Positions 52,480-64,000 of a stretch of 64,000 bases of DNA are shown here, piece after piece. The notes beneath the pieces are model-generated. The model had not been told where the DNA came from. It searched no databases and saw nothing but the letters and a program-made list of their open reading frames with translations. The position numbers and the translations under genes were made by a program. This DNA is from Octopus bimaculoides. Its lineage: Eukaryota. The stretch lies in contig NC_068994.1 of assembly GCF_001194135.2 (NCBI RefSeq), positions 52,084,082-52,148,081 of the forward strand, given 5' to 3'. The number at the start of each line of letters is the position of its first letter. Positions within the stretch are counted from its first letter, which is position 1.

Positions 52480-53542
52480 TATAAGGAAGTAGTGTGTTAC
52501 TTGAAAAAGAATTACCTGTTGTTTCTAGTGGATCAAGTGACTCGTAAAAGCTCCTTCCCTGGTTCGTACATATCCCTGATGTTTAAAAGTGGTTAGCGGT
52601 GATTGACAATGGTTAACAGTGGTTAACAATGTATGATAACTTTAGAAAGGAATATAATTCTTGCTATATATTTCCCGATATATATCTATTTTATTATCTG
52701 TTTTCTTATTGACATTAGCATTTGCTAGTTCAGCAAAATAGATAGATAAGTAAATAAATTAATATCGATAATAATTATAATATATCATATATAATAAGAA
52801 ATAAACATATAAATGTAAAAATAAAAACAGTATACTAATAATGAAAAACAAAGCATACATAAAATAAAAATAACAACCAAACAATGTAAACAACATCAAA
52901 AATTAAATATTAAAAAATAAAAATGAATATAAAAATAAAAAAATAAAGAAAGCTGTCGAAACAATGTTAATCAACATTAAAAACTAATCAATTTCCTATA
53001 ATTCATTTCTCTGCTGTCTTGTCATCAATGGAGCGGGCTCTGCTTGCTTTGCTTCAATTCTGTTTTAATTAAAAACAAAGAAGAGGAAAACCTAACATTA
53101 ATTTGACAATAGCGTTAATTGGATTGGTCGAGCAGTTTGACACCTACCAGAGGAATCTCTATATAGTTGCTCGACCTGCTAGAAATAGCTGCCAAAGATA
53201 TCTCAAATAACACCTCATCTTGGTATATGTAAACGGAAGGAAGACACACGAGATAAATACAGCACTGGATAAGTAAAAATACAGGAAAACATTATTTTAG
53301 AACTTTTGATGACAGGGCTCATGGATTAACGCTAATCTGGGGATAAACAACGAATAGTATCAGCAACTACAGAAGTTAACTTCTTGACAAAGAACATTCT
53401 TTCGAAATCTGTTTTCAACCCCCCAGGTTTAGGAATATCTAAAAGAAAGCTTAGTAAAAATAAAAGAAAATATCCGAGATTTTTGTCAGGAACGAAGCAC
53501 GATCGGACTAAAGGATGTTATCTTCACTGACGAGATAAAGTC

Positions 53543-53604
<62 letters not shown>

Positions 53605-53668
53605 CCCTGATGCAGTACCAGACAGTAGATCTCATAGCTTCTGATCTTAAATAACTGGAAGTTTTGGG

Positions 53669-54001
53669 GAGCATCATAGCCATGTGTTGGGAGGAATTCT
53701 TTGGTGGGTTGGATAATTCATCTCTGGAAACATGGGTGTTTCTTTCAACATCCTCAAACAACTCTTATTCAGGGACATTTTGAGCAGGATGGGCTACTCG
53801 ACCTGAAGAAAATGCTAACTGGGCTCCACCTGCAAGGTCATGCGCTGTTAATTTTGATAGGAGATCACCGTGTCGCGCACATATGGTTGTGATGCATGTG
53901 CCTGGTGTACCCTTATCAGACGGGTAGTCATGATGGGTATAATGGGTTTCGTATATTTTACCCCAGTGTCACTTTGATGGCATGCACTGTTCTCTCACTC
54001 A
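53669..54001 (+). mobile_element. (TAA)n-tailed retroelement 3' segment (non-coding)
   Basis: Ends GATGGCATGCACTGTTCTCTCACTCAG-(TAA)n. A second copy lies at 60451-60769 (minus) and a 39-nt piece at 34085-34123. Confidence 0.8.
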
Positions 54002-54010
54002 GTAATAATA

Positions 54011-54041
<31 letters not shown>

Positions 54042-54062
54042 TAGCAACAACAACAACAATAA

Positions 54063-54435
54063 TAATGGTTTCAAATTTTTCCAGAAGGGCAGCAATTTTG
54101 GGGAGGGGATGAGTCGCTTACTTCGATCCCAGTGTTCAACTGGTGCTTATCGACTCCGAAAGGATGAAAGGTAAAGTCGACCTTGGCGGAATTTGAACTG
54201 ATATTTATTTCTTTATTGCCCACAAGGGGTTAAATATAGAGGGGACAAACAAGGACATACAAAGGGATTTAGTCAATGACATCGACACCAGAGCATAACT
54301 GGTACTTATTTAATCGACCCCGAAAGGATGAAAGGCAAAGTCGACCTCGGCGGAATTTGAACTCGGTTTGTAACGACACGAAATACCGCTAAGCATTTCG
54401 CCCGATGTGCTAACGATTCTGCAATCTCGCCGTTC
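54063..54435 (-). mobile_element. nested SINE family A pair
   Basis: A full copy with the GGGCAATAAAGAAATA tail (54195-54435) is joined at the B-box of a second copy carrying the CCCCAAAATTGCTGCCC tail. Confidence 0.85.
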
Positions 54436-54929
54436 TAATTCGAAATGATATTGTTATTGAAGGTGTTAATACTATATATATTTCTCATGTTCAGACGTGA
54501 TACAAAACTTACCAAAAGTTTCGGTATTTTTTTATCAAGACCAAATGAAGGAAAAGAAAAGTGTTTTTGTAAAATATTTCTCTGCAAGGAACTTTTATCA
54601 ACTCACTGAACATAGCAGGGAAGATATAAGGTCTGTTATTTTTGGACGTAAGTATACTTTTCAGATTTGTTTACATCTAACTGAATATGGCTTTCTTATA
54701 GAGAAACAACTCTTGAAAAAATAGTAAAAATGTATGTATTTACACAATGGAAAAAAACTAAAACATTTAAAGAAGAAATTTCCCAGCAAGATACACACAC
54801 ATACAAAATATATATATATATATATATATGTCAACGTTTCAAAACGTAAATCTGACCGACACAGTTATCAACAAGAATAACAACAAAAGAAACAATAACT
54901 ATTTTTCCAAGTGAAGTAAACAAGCTAAA

Positions 54930-55260
54930 TTTGATAGGTGAAATTTTTGTTATGGACGACGTAAGAAAGACTTGGCTCGCAATAAAAGGAACTGACTGAT
55001 TATATTGACGAAAAAGAACTGAGTGGTACCTTCTGAGAGACTTCCATCTTCAGGATTAGAGGCAACTTAGAGCTCTGTCTGTTCAAGTTATAGTCTATAA
55101 GGAGAGAAGTACAAGCATCAGGATCTGTCCAAGATGCGCATTGAGTGACGAAGTCGTTCAGTGTTCGAGTGCTTTTGATTTGAAGAGTTACTACAAGCAG
55201 CTATTGTTGGTCACACAATACGATGATCACATCAGCCATTCTCCTTCACTTTGTTCAATA
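54930..55260 (+). mobile_element. L1/Tx1-like LINE C-terminal zinc-knuckle relic
   Basis: RALSVQVIVYKERSTSIRICPRCALSDEVVQCSSAFDLKSYYKQLL resembles the LP....L...CPRC..DET..H....C...LW pattern with a deletion. Confidence 0.5.
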
Positions 55261-55345
55261 CATAACATAGCGAGAAGTCGAAACTTACTTAATTTTTTCT
55301 ATAACACGGTTAAGTTAAATAGAACACACACATATATATATATCG

Positions 55346-55706
55346 TGGCACTCCGTCGGTTACAACGACAAGGGTTCCAGTTGATCCGATCAACGGAATA
55401 GTCTGCTCGTGAAATTAACGTGCAAATGGTTGACCACGCCACAGACACGTGTACCCTTAACGTAGTTCTCGGGGAGATTCAGCGTGACACACAGTGTGAC
55501 AAGGCTGGCTCTTTGAAATACAGGTACAACAGAAACAGAAAGAAAGAGTAAGAGAAAGTTGTGATGAAAGGGTACGGAAGGGTTCACACCACTCCTTGCT
55601 GGAGCTTTAGGTGTTTTCGCTCAATAAACACTGACAACGCCCTGTCTGGGAATCGAAACCACGATCTTACGACCGCGAGTTCGTTGCCCTAACCACTGGG
55701 CCGTTG

Positions 55707-55707
<1 letters not shown>
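55346..55707 (-). mobile_element. full-length OR-like tRNA-derived SINE (family D)
   Basis: Head CCCAGTGGTTAGGGC..GTTTCGATTCCC; 3' end AACCGACGGAGTGCCA followed by (TA)n. Confidence 0.88.
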
Positions 55708-55747
<40 letters not shown>

Positions 55748-56699
55748 ATATATATATATATATATATGTATANNNNNNNNNNNNNNNNNNNNNNNNNNNN
55801 NNNNNNNNNNNNNNNNNNNNNNNNNNNNNNNNNNNNNNNNNNNNNNNNNNNNNNNNNNNNNNNNNNNNNNNNNNNNNNNNNNNNNNNNNNNNNNNNNNNN
55901 NNNNNNNNNNNNNNNNNNNNNNNNNNNNNNNNNNNNNNNNNNNNNNNNNNNNNNNNNNNNNNNNNNNNNNNNNNNNNNNNNNNNNNNNNNNNNNNNNNNN
56001 NNNNNNNNNNNNNNNNNNNNNNNNNNNNNNNNNNNNNNNNNNNNNNNNNNNNNNNNNNNNNNNNNNNNNNNNNNNNNNNNNNNNNNNNNNNNNNNNNNNN
56101 NNNNNNNNNNNNNNNNNNNNNNNNNNNNNNNNNNNNNNNNNNNNNNNTATATATATATATATATATATTTATATTTATTTATTTATGTATATGTATATAT
56201 AATTCTTAAACAAGAATATAATTGACAGTTGCACTCTACAAAAGTATAGAGTTACCCATTAGATTAATGTAACATTGTGTTTAATATAACTGAATATAAA
56301 AACTAACACACGCGTACACACAGACTCACACGGACACAGAGACACATAGACACACAGACACACGCGCGCGCGCACATATGCGCACAGACATATGCAGTGT
56401 GTGTAGTTCACTTGCTGATAGTATGAGCAGAAATGGACTCAAGCTTAGGAGAGTTAAATACATGAACACATGAATAATATATGAGTTATGCCTGATGTTG
56501 CAATCGGTTAGGTTAAGCTCAGGTAACGTCGTTACTTCGCAAGAAAATGCAGGGATAAATAGAAAATATTATGAGAAAAGCATACGAGAAACTCCATTAA
56601 GAAAGAGTTAATGGGAAAGTAGGGGATGCTTAAAGTCGTTTATTGTTAATGCTGAATCGCTATACGAGAAAAAATCTATGCTTAGTGGAGGTTGTTGAA

Positions 56700-56952
56700 C
56701 TGGGGGCTTCTCTTGCCGAACCGCTATGTGACGGAGACGTAAACACACCAGTATCGGTTGTCAAGCGGTGTTGGGGGGACAAGCACAGACATATACGACG
56801 GGCTTCTTTCAGTTTCCGCCTACCAAATCCACTCACAAAGCTTTGGTCGGGCCCGAGGCTATAGTTGAAGACACTTGCCCAAGGTGTCACGCAGTGGAAC
56901 TGAACCCGGAACAATGTGGCTGGTAAGCAAACTGCTTACCACACAGCCACTC
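56700..56952 (-). mobile_element. SINE family B
   Basis: GGAGTGGCTGTGTGGTAAGC..GGGTTCAGTTCC..GACACCTTGGGCAAGTGTCTT (CORE box). Confidence 0.88.
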
Positions 56953-58119
56953 CAGCGCGCCTATAAGCATATTTAAGCATAAGATCAGAAACTTTGATGA
57001 AACCGGTTTAATCGGTACCTACCCCGTGTACTTTATGGATTCCAGAAGGATGAAATGCAGTGTTGACCTTAATTTGAACTCAGAATATAAGGAACTAGAA
57101 CAAATGGCGCATAGCATCCTGCCTAATTGATTAAGGTAAATGGAACAAGAAGCCCTATGAATTCAACATGACCACACCTTCTTCTGAATTTCTTCACACC
57201 CATTTTGGTCTCATTTCTGTGAACACCCATTGTTTATTTACAATTCTTCTAAGTAGAACGTTGTATGGTGGTTAGCAGAAGTAGAAAAAATACAAAAAAT
57301 AAAGAAAAAATAATTATAAAGAGGTGAGAATTGTCATTATTTATGATAGGTGAATTATGAAGGCTTTCTGTATATATTTTTCTTTCTTTTCCTCTTTTCA
57401 TTTTCTTTGAGACTAAAAAGTAGAAAAAAAAAAACAAACAAAAACAAAAAAACAATCAAAAGACTGAATAACAGGAACAATGACAATAAAAAACATCAAA
57501 CAAAGAAAAACAAAAATAAAAAAACCCAGTGAAAAGAGAAGCAAAACATTGATTTATGTCACATAACAACAACCACTAATCTACTCCCATCCTCTTCCCT
57601 CTCCTCCTACTCTGCCGTTCTCTCAGTTTTACCGTGTATCTCTCTGTCTGCCTGTCTGTCTGTCTTTCTGTCTGTCCCTCGGCTCCTTATCGACACATCA
57701 TTAGTTGATGCTTCAGACTACAACAAGTAACTGGAGCAGGTATTTCACACAAGACTACGCAATTTCTCCTTATTCATCGCCATCTTAAATCTGAAATAAT
57801 CACCGTTTTTCTCAGCTTTTTCCCCTTCCTTTCATTCCTCTCCCATTCTTTTCTTTCTTGTATTTTGTTTGTTGATTATGCCATTTTATGTTTTACTTCA
57901 TCATCATTCTCCATTTTTATTTATCTATTTATTATTTTGTTGTTCTTATCCTTTCGTTTCATTTCTCATTTTCTCAAGTAAATCATGTTTCTTTGTTTTT
58001 GTTTTGGATGCCGAAGGTCTTGTTCTTCCACAATGCAACATTCCACCGCCCACATTCAGTCCTCCCGCTTTCTCTCCTATCAAACCCCACCTACTTTGCA
58101 TCCACCAGGTGTCCGACCA

Positions 58120-58299
58120 TCTCCTCCTCTTCTCTCTTCTTCCTCCCTCCTCCTCTCTCTTCTTCCTCCTCCTCTCTCTTCTTCCTCCTCCTCTCTCTTC
58201 TTCCTCCTCCTCTCTCTTCTTCCTCCTCCTCCTCCTCCTCCTCTCTCTTCTTCCTCCTCCTCTCTCTTCTTCCTCCTCCTCCTCCTCCTCCTCTCTCTC
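58120..58299. repeat. polypyrimidine minisatellite (approximately TCTTCTTCCTCCTCCTCTCTC units) running into a gap
   Basis: Imperfect tandem TCC/TCT/CT units, followed by an 872-N gap. Confidence 0.85.
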
Positions 58300-59229
58300 N
58301 NNNNNNNNNNNNNNNNNNNNNNNNNNNNNNNNNNNNNNNNNNNNNNNNNNNNNNNNNNNNNNNNNNNNNNNNNNNNNNNNNNNNNNNNNNNNNNNNNNNN
58401 NNNNNNNNNNNNNNNNNNNNNNNNNNNNNNNNNNNNNNNNNNNNNNNNNNNNNNNNNNNNNNNNNNNNNNNNNNNNNNNNNNNNNNNNNNNNNNNNNNNN
58501 NNNNNNNNNNNNNNNNNNNNNNNNNNNNNNNNNNNNNNNNNNNNNNNNNNNNNNNNNNNNNNNNNNNNNNNNNNNNNNNNNNNNNNNNNNNNNNNNNNNN
58601 NNNNNNNNNNNNNNNNNNNNNNNNNNNNNNNNNNNNNNNNNNNNNNNNNNNNNNNNNNNNNNNNNNNNNNNNNNNNNNNNNNNNNNNNNNNNNNNNNNNN
58701 NNNNNNNNNNNNNNNNNNNNNNNNNNNNNNNNNNNNNNNNNNNNNNNNNNNNNNNNNNNNNNNNNNNNNNNNNNNNNNNNNNNNNNNNNNNNNNNNNNNN
58801 NNNNNNNNNNNNNNNNNNNNNNNNNNNNNNNNNNNNNNNNNNNNNNNNNNNNNNNNNNNNNNNNNNNNNNNNNNNNNNNNNNNNNNNNNNNNNNNNNNNN
58901 NNNNNNNNNNNNNNNNNNNNNNNNNNNNNNNNNNNNNNNNNNNNNNNNNNNNNNNNNNNNNNNNNNNNNNNNNNNNNNNNNNNNNNNNNNNNNNNNNNNN
59001 NNNNNNNNNNNNNNNNNNNNNNNNNNNNNNNNNNNNNNNNNNNNNNNNNNNNNNNNNNNNNNNNNNNNNNNNNNNNNNNNNNNNNNNNNNNNNNNNNNNN
59101 NNNNNNNNNNNNNNNNNNNNNNNNNNNNNNNNNNNNNNNNNNNNNNNNNNNNNNNNNNNNNNNNNNNNNNNTCCATCTCCTCCCTCTCGCCCCTCCCCTC
59201 CTCTCCGTTCTCTTCCTCGCTCACATTCT

Positions 59230-60140
59230 TGTCAAAAATATTTTGATCTGAAGGAATCGCAACGCCTATCCAAGACGTGTTTTTGGCATCTGGTCTAAAG
59301 TGCTCAATTATGCTATCTGTACGGATCTGAAGTTTCTATTGAATCTTTGGTTTACCTGCTTCATTTAGAGACTTTTTCAAATACATCCTTGAACCACTAG
59401 TCTGCCGTGTTATATCCAATGCTTTTTTTTTTTAATACAAAGTAACCACTAAAAATTTAGTCAGATGTTATCATGCCGTCGCTTATATTGTTTCTGAGCT
59501 AACATTTTACAATAGTAATATTTATATTTAACAACCTGCTACAATAAAATCAATATTTTCCACTCATTCATGACATTTGGCGGTATTCTTTTTTGTGCGG
59601 TAAATTTCTTTAATCATTGAATGAATATTTCATTCTTGATCTTAAGCAGCTTCCAACAAACGCTTAGTTTCTTGAAAAAACAAAAACATCCAAAGCTGTT
59701 TATCACGTTTATCTTTGCTTTTTCTGTTTTAGATAAATTTGTCGAACACAGATAGACTACTTTTTGTAAGATACAACGTCCACTCCTCCTTCCTCAGCTC
59801 TCCCCTTTCGAGTTGCTGATTTTGACCTTAATGTTGTCAACCCAGATTTATTCCAATAACGATTCATGATTTTTCACGTTCTTAATATCTCTTTCAAAGC
59901 ATCCGCATAGTTGCATTTCTTCATACGTTTCCTGTCTTTTAGGAATTAGCCTACTTTTGTATACATTTTCACCTTGAGTTGAATATCAGCAAAGCATATT
60001 TAAGTAGGTCTTCATTTTCTTGTAAGGTGATTGTTTGCTGATCTCTGCTACCCATTAATACATTTAGAAATGCTTATAAGCGGTCTCCCTACAACCTCAC
60101 ATTTCATGTATAAACGGCTGATATTTGCCACGATTTTTCT
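59230..60140 (-). mobile_element. decayed R4/Dong-like LINE (zinc knuckle + RLE domain)
   Basis: KETKRLLEAA*DQ..KNTAKCHE*VENIDFIVAGC..KMLAQKQYKRRHDNI..LQIRTDSIIEHFRPD..SWIGVAIPSDQNIFD, in the correct order for R4-clade C-termini. Confidence 0.8.
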
Positions 60141-60450
60141 CGTTTTCTTTCCGTCTATTCTATTTTGTTATTTGTATTTTTCTTCTATTTCTATTTAGGC
60201 TAGATGTAGCAAAAACAGTTGCTCGCCTAAATTGTGGTTACAGTAGCTTCGGCAAACAATAGTTTCAAGAGACGACAGAAGAACAAAAAGTATACAATGG
60301 AAATATCAGACACAGAAAGTGTAAACGCTCGGCTTGAACCTCTTTTTCTTCTTCCGGATCTTTGTATTTCGTAAGTTTCTCTGTTTCTTTTAGAAATAGA
60401 CTGATATATCGAGTAGAAGGCATTATTATTATAATTATTATTATTATTAT

Positions 60451-60769
60451 TGAGTGAGAGAGCAGTGCATGCCATCAAAGTGACACTGGGGTAAAATATA
60501 CAAAGCCCAATATACCCATCATGACTACCCGTCTGATAAGGGTACACCAGGCACATGCATCACAACCATATGTGCACGACATGGTGATCTCATATCAGGA
60601 TAAACAGCGCATGACCTTGCAGGTGGGGCCCAGTTAGAATTTTTTTCAGGTCGCGTAGCCCATCCCGCTCAAAAGGTCCCTGAATAAGGTTTGTTTAAGG
60701 ATGTTGAGCAAAACACCCATGTTTCCAAAGGTGAATTATTCAAACTCCAAAGAACTCCTCTCAACACAT
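60451..60769 (-). mobile_element. (TAA)n-tailed retroelement 3' segment, second copy
   Basis: Reverse-complement homolog of 53669-54001; truncated by the gap at 60770. Confidence 0.8.
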
Positions 60770-61586
60770 NNNNNNNNNNNNNNNNNNNNNNNNNNNNNNN
60801 NNNNNNNNNNNNNNNNNNNNNNNNNNNNNNNNNNNNNNNNNNNNNNNNNNNNNNNNNNNNNNNNNNNNNNNNNNNNNNNNNNNNNNNNNNNNNNNNNNNN
60901 NNNNNNNNNNNNNNNNNNNNNNNNNNNNNNNNNNNNNNNNNNNNNNNNNNNNNNNNNNNNNNNNNNNNNNNNNNNNNNNNNNNNNNNNNNNNNNNNNNNN
61001 NNNNNNNNNNNNNNNNNNNNNNNNNNNNNNNNNNNNNNNNNNNNNNNNNNNNNNNNNNNNNNNNNNNNNNNNNNNNNNNNNNNNNNNNNNNNNNNNNNNN
61101 NNNNNNNNNNNNNNNNNNNNNNNNNNNNNNNNNNNNNNNNNNNNNNNNNNNNNNNNNNNNNNNNNNNNNNNNNNNNNNNNNNNNNNNNNNNNNNNNNNNN
61201 NNNNNNNNNNNNNNNNNNNNNNNNNNNNNNNNNNNNNNNNNNNNNNNNNNNNNNNNNNNNNNNNNNNNNNNNNNNNNNNNNNNNNNNNNNNNNNNNNNNN
61301 NNNNNNNNNNNNNNNNNNNNNNNNNNNNNNNNNNNNNNNNNNNNNNNNNNNNNNNNNNNNNNNNNNNNNNNNNNNNNNNNNNNNNNNNNNNNNNNNNNNN
61401 NNNNNNNNNNNNNNNNNNNNNNNNNNNNNNNNNNNNNNNNNNNNNNNNNNNNNNNNNNNNNNNNNNNNNACTTAAGCAGCAGTCAAATACTGAGGTCACT
61501 GTGTCCGACTATCCCCCTCCCCCAAATTTCAGTCCTTGTGCCAAAAGAAGAAGGGATTGTTATTATATTTATCATCATCATCATCA

Positions 61587-61643
<57 letters not shown>

Positions 61644-62290
61644 TTTAATCATCATAATCATCACCATCACCATCACCATCATCATCATCATCATCATCAT
61701 CGTTATTATTATTGTTGTTATTGCTTAATTTTTTATTCATCGCATTCGTATGATCATTATTGGGAAGTTTATAGTTTCCTTGTTTTTTTTCTTCTGTTTT
61801 CCCTCTTTTCCATTAAATTTTTTTCTCTTTCCCTTTTGTATCTGCTGTTGCTATAATTACAATTTATATCAAATTCAGCACGTCAATAAGTACTTCATCA
61901 TTTCTTTGACATAGCAATAATCAATTCCAACAGAACCACCACCACCGCCGCCGCCGCCGCTACTGCCACCGCCACCACCACCATCGTCTCTACCACCAAC
62001 GCCGCCACCGCCGTCAGCATCACAACTACCACCACTACCAAAATAACATCCTCTTCCACTGCCGCCGCCGCCGCCGCCGCCACACCATCCTCTCCTCACC
62101 GACTACTTCTTGGTTAGCACCGTGGAAATAGCGGTTGTATAACGTCTTGCAGTTACAAAACAAAGACCAGCAAATAATAATATAAAAAAAAAGACAACAA
62201 TAAAAAAATAATATTTAAAAAAAATCAACAAAAATTATCACATATATAATAATAATAATATCCACTACATGACCATAATGTTACACAATG

Positions 62291-62362
<72 letters not shown>

Positions 62363-62371
62363 GTATATATA

Positions 62372-62408
<37 letters not shown>

Positions 62409-62904
62409 ATATTATTGCGTAATATGGTTATGTAGTGATATTAATATTATATGTACGATACACATATATCGTGAAAGAGAGGAGGGAGAGGGGGAGAACG
62501 AGAGATACATACATATATAAAATGCTAAATCACATATATGATATTAGCAAATGCATCAACATATACATAGCAATATCTTATATGCAATGACATAATTGCA
62601 AATGGCGTCCGAAGGAACATTTTCATCAAAGACACATTTGATTGTGCTTCACATTTGTTTTAATTTTATGCTGCCATCTTCTTTCGTTTATTTTTTTTTT
62701 CTCTCTCTCTCTCTCACTTTAAAATCAATACTCTAGTAAATTTACTTCCAGGAAGTTTCTAGTTTGACGCTGCTATAAATTTCAATCCCATGTGACCTGT
62801 TTGTGGGAAGTTTTACCATAAACATATATTATAATTAAAGAAAAGTCAAACAGATACGGCGTTTTTTAATGTTATGGCTTGCAGATATAATAAAATATCT
62901 TATC

Positions 62905-63100
62905 GCTAACGACTACACACATTTTTTTCTCTGCTTGATTCTCTCCTTGTTTCTTTCTGTGTTCCTTTCTGTGGAAGAGCGTAGGCTCGAAACGTTAAAG
63001 ACTTTTTCAAATTCCCGAGCGTTATACTAATACATCTGTTTGTTTTCTACACCACCTGTCTTCGTCTGTTGTTGTTTTTTTGTGAATTCTCCCTATATAT
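62905..63100 (+). mobile_element. PLE pseudo-LTR/retrozyme-like monomer with hammerhead-like motif, ending in (TA)n
   Basis: Homologous to 18843-19044; motif CUUU-CUGUGGA-A-GAGC(GUAG)GCUC-GAAA-CG-UU/AAAG at 62965-63000. Confidence 0.6.
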
Positions 63101-63962
63101 ATATATATATATTTATATATATTCTTACAGTTTATTCTTACTAGGTTGAGATAAACAACATGAGAGATAGCAGGTATTGAAATTGAAATTCTGAATGTGT
63201 CATATTAGGTCGAATTTACTGGCTGGTAGCATTCTAGGGGACTGGATAATGATTCGGGTACCGTAATATTTGGCAGGACTTATTTATTTTTAATTCACAC
63301 AAAAACTAAAAAGCCATCCGTATCCCCGTCAAATCATTCCCTACTATATAAACTGACAAAAAGGACGTTCTCTATGAAATAAAACCAGATGAATTATCTT
63401 CAAATAAAACAAACAAAACTATATAAAAAACTAGATGGTTATAGCTAAAGTATCTTTGGTCGTAAGTCTTCACGATATGGACCACCTTAGAACCAAGATA
63501 TTAACATATTTTACTGATTTGCTATACTTGCATTACATTTACATAAGGATATAATTACCCGGAGCGCAGAAATGAGCAAGAATATAAACACGGTAAATTG
63601 GATGTGCCTATCTGTATTTACATAATTAATCTTAAACACGATTTGCCGATACTCCAATTAATTTATGTATGATGTTCAATTTGCAGTTCATGTAAATATA
63701 GTCAGGTCTAGTTTGCTTGTGTTAATATTTTTCATGAAAATTATCTCTTGTATCTCTTATTGGATATGGAAAGCATTTTCGCTGATGATGACGATACTTT
63801 CGTAAAAGACGAAACCGTCAATATAGATCTGTATACTTAGTATCCTTGTTTGATAAATACACATTGTTGTAGATACAGTCCTATTTACGGATCTATTCGG
63901 CTGTCGTAAGATTTATATATATACATGTATATATGTATACAAACATACGCACATACTTGCCC

Positions 63963-64000
<38 letters not shown>

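Noticed and set aside
63782-63819. CTGATGA...GAAACCGTC hammerhead-like spacing
   Set aside because: Stems I and II do not pair and a competing hairpin (TTTCGT/ACGAAA) dominates. At best an unrecoverable relic.

Overview
AT-rich, microsatellite-dense eukaryotic DNA with 15 N-gaps and no recognisable host protein-coding exon. The repeat families resemble those of coleoid cephalopods, most likely Octopus (inference from recalled repeat consensus, not a search). Nearly all long ORFs in the track are artefacts of N-runs or simple repeats. The real content is transposon debris: about 20 copies of one tRNA-derived SINE family with interchangeable 3' tails, CORE-type and OR-like SINEs, four R4/Dong-type (RLE) LINE fragments, two CR1/L2-type 3' ends, L1/Tx1-like and APE relics, mariner, Tc1-mariner and hAT relics, and a Tigger/pogo-like MITE with nested insertions. 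The most interesting layer is a set of minimal type-I hammerhead ribozyme (HHR) motifs of the Penelope-like-element (PLE)/retrozyme kind. One lies in a chimeric tRNA-head + (AAT)n + HHR element that may be a PLE-mobilised SINE. Another family has a non-canonical U at core position 6 in two diverged copies. Two local duplications across gaps are probably assembly artefacts.
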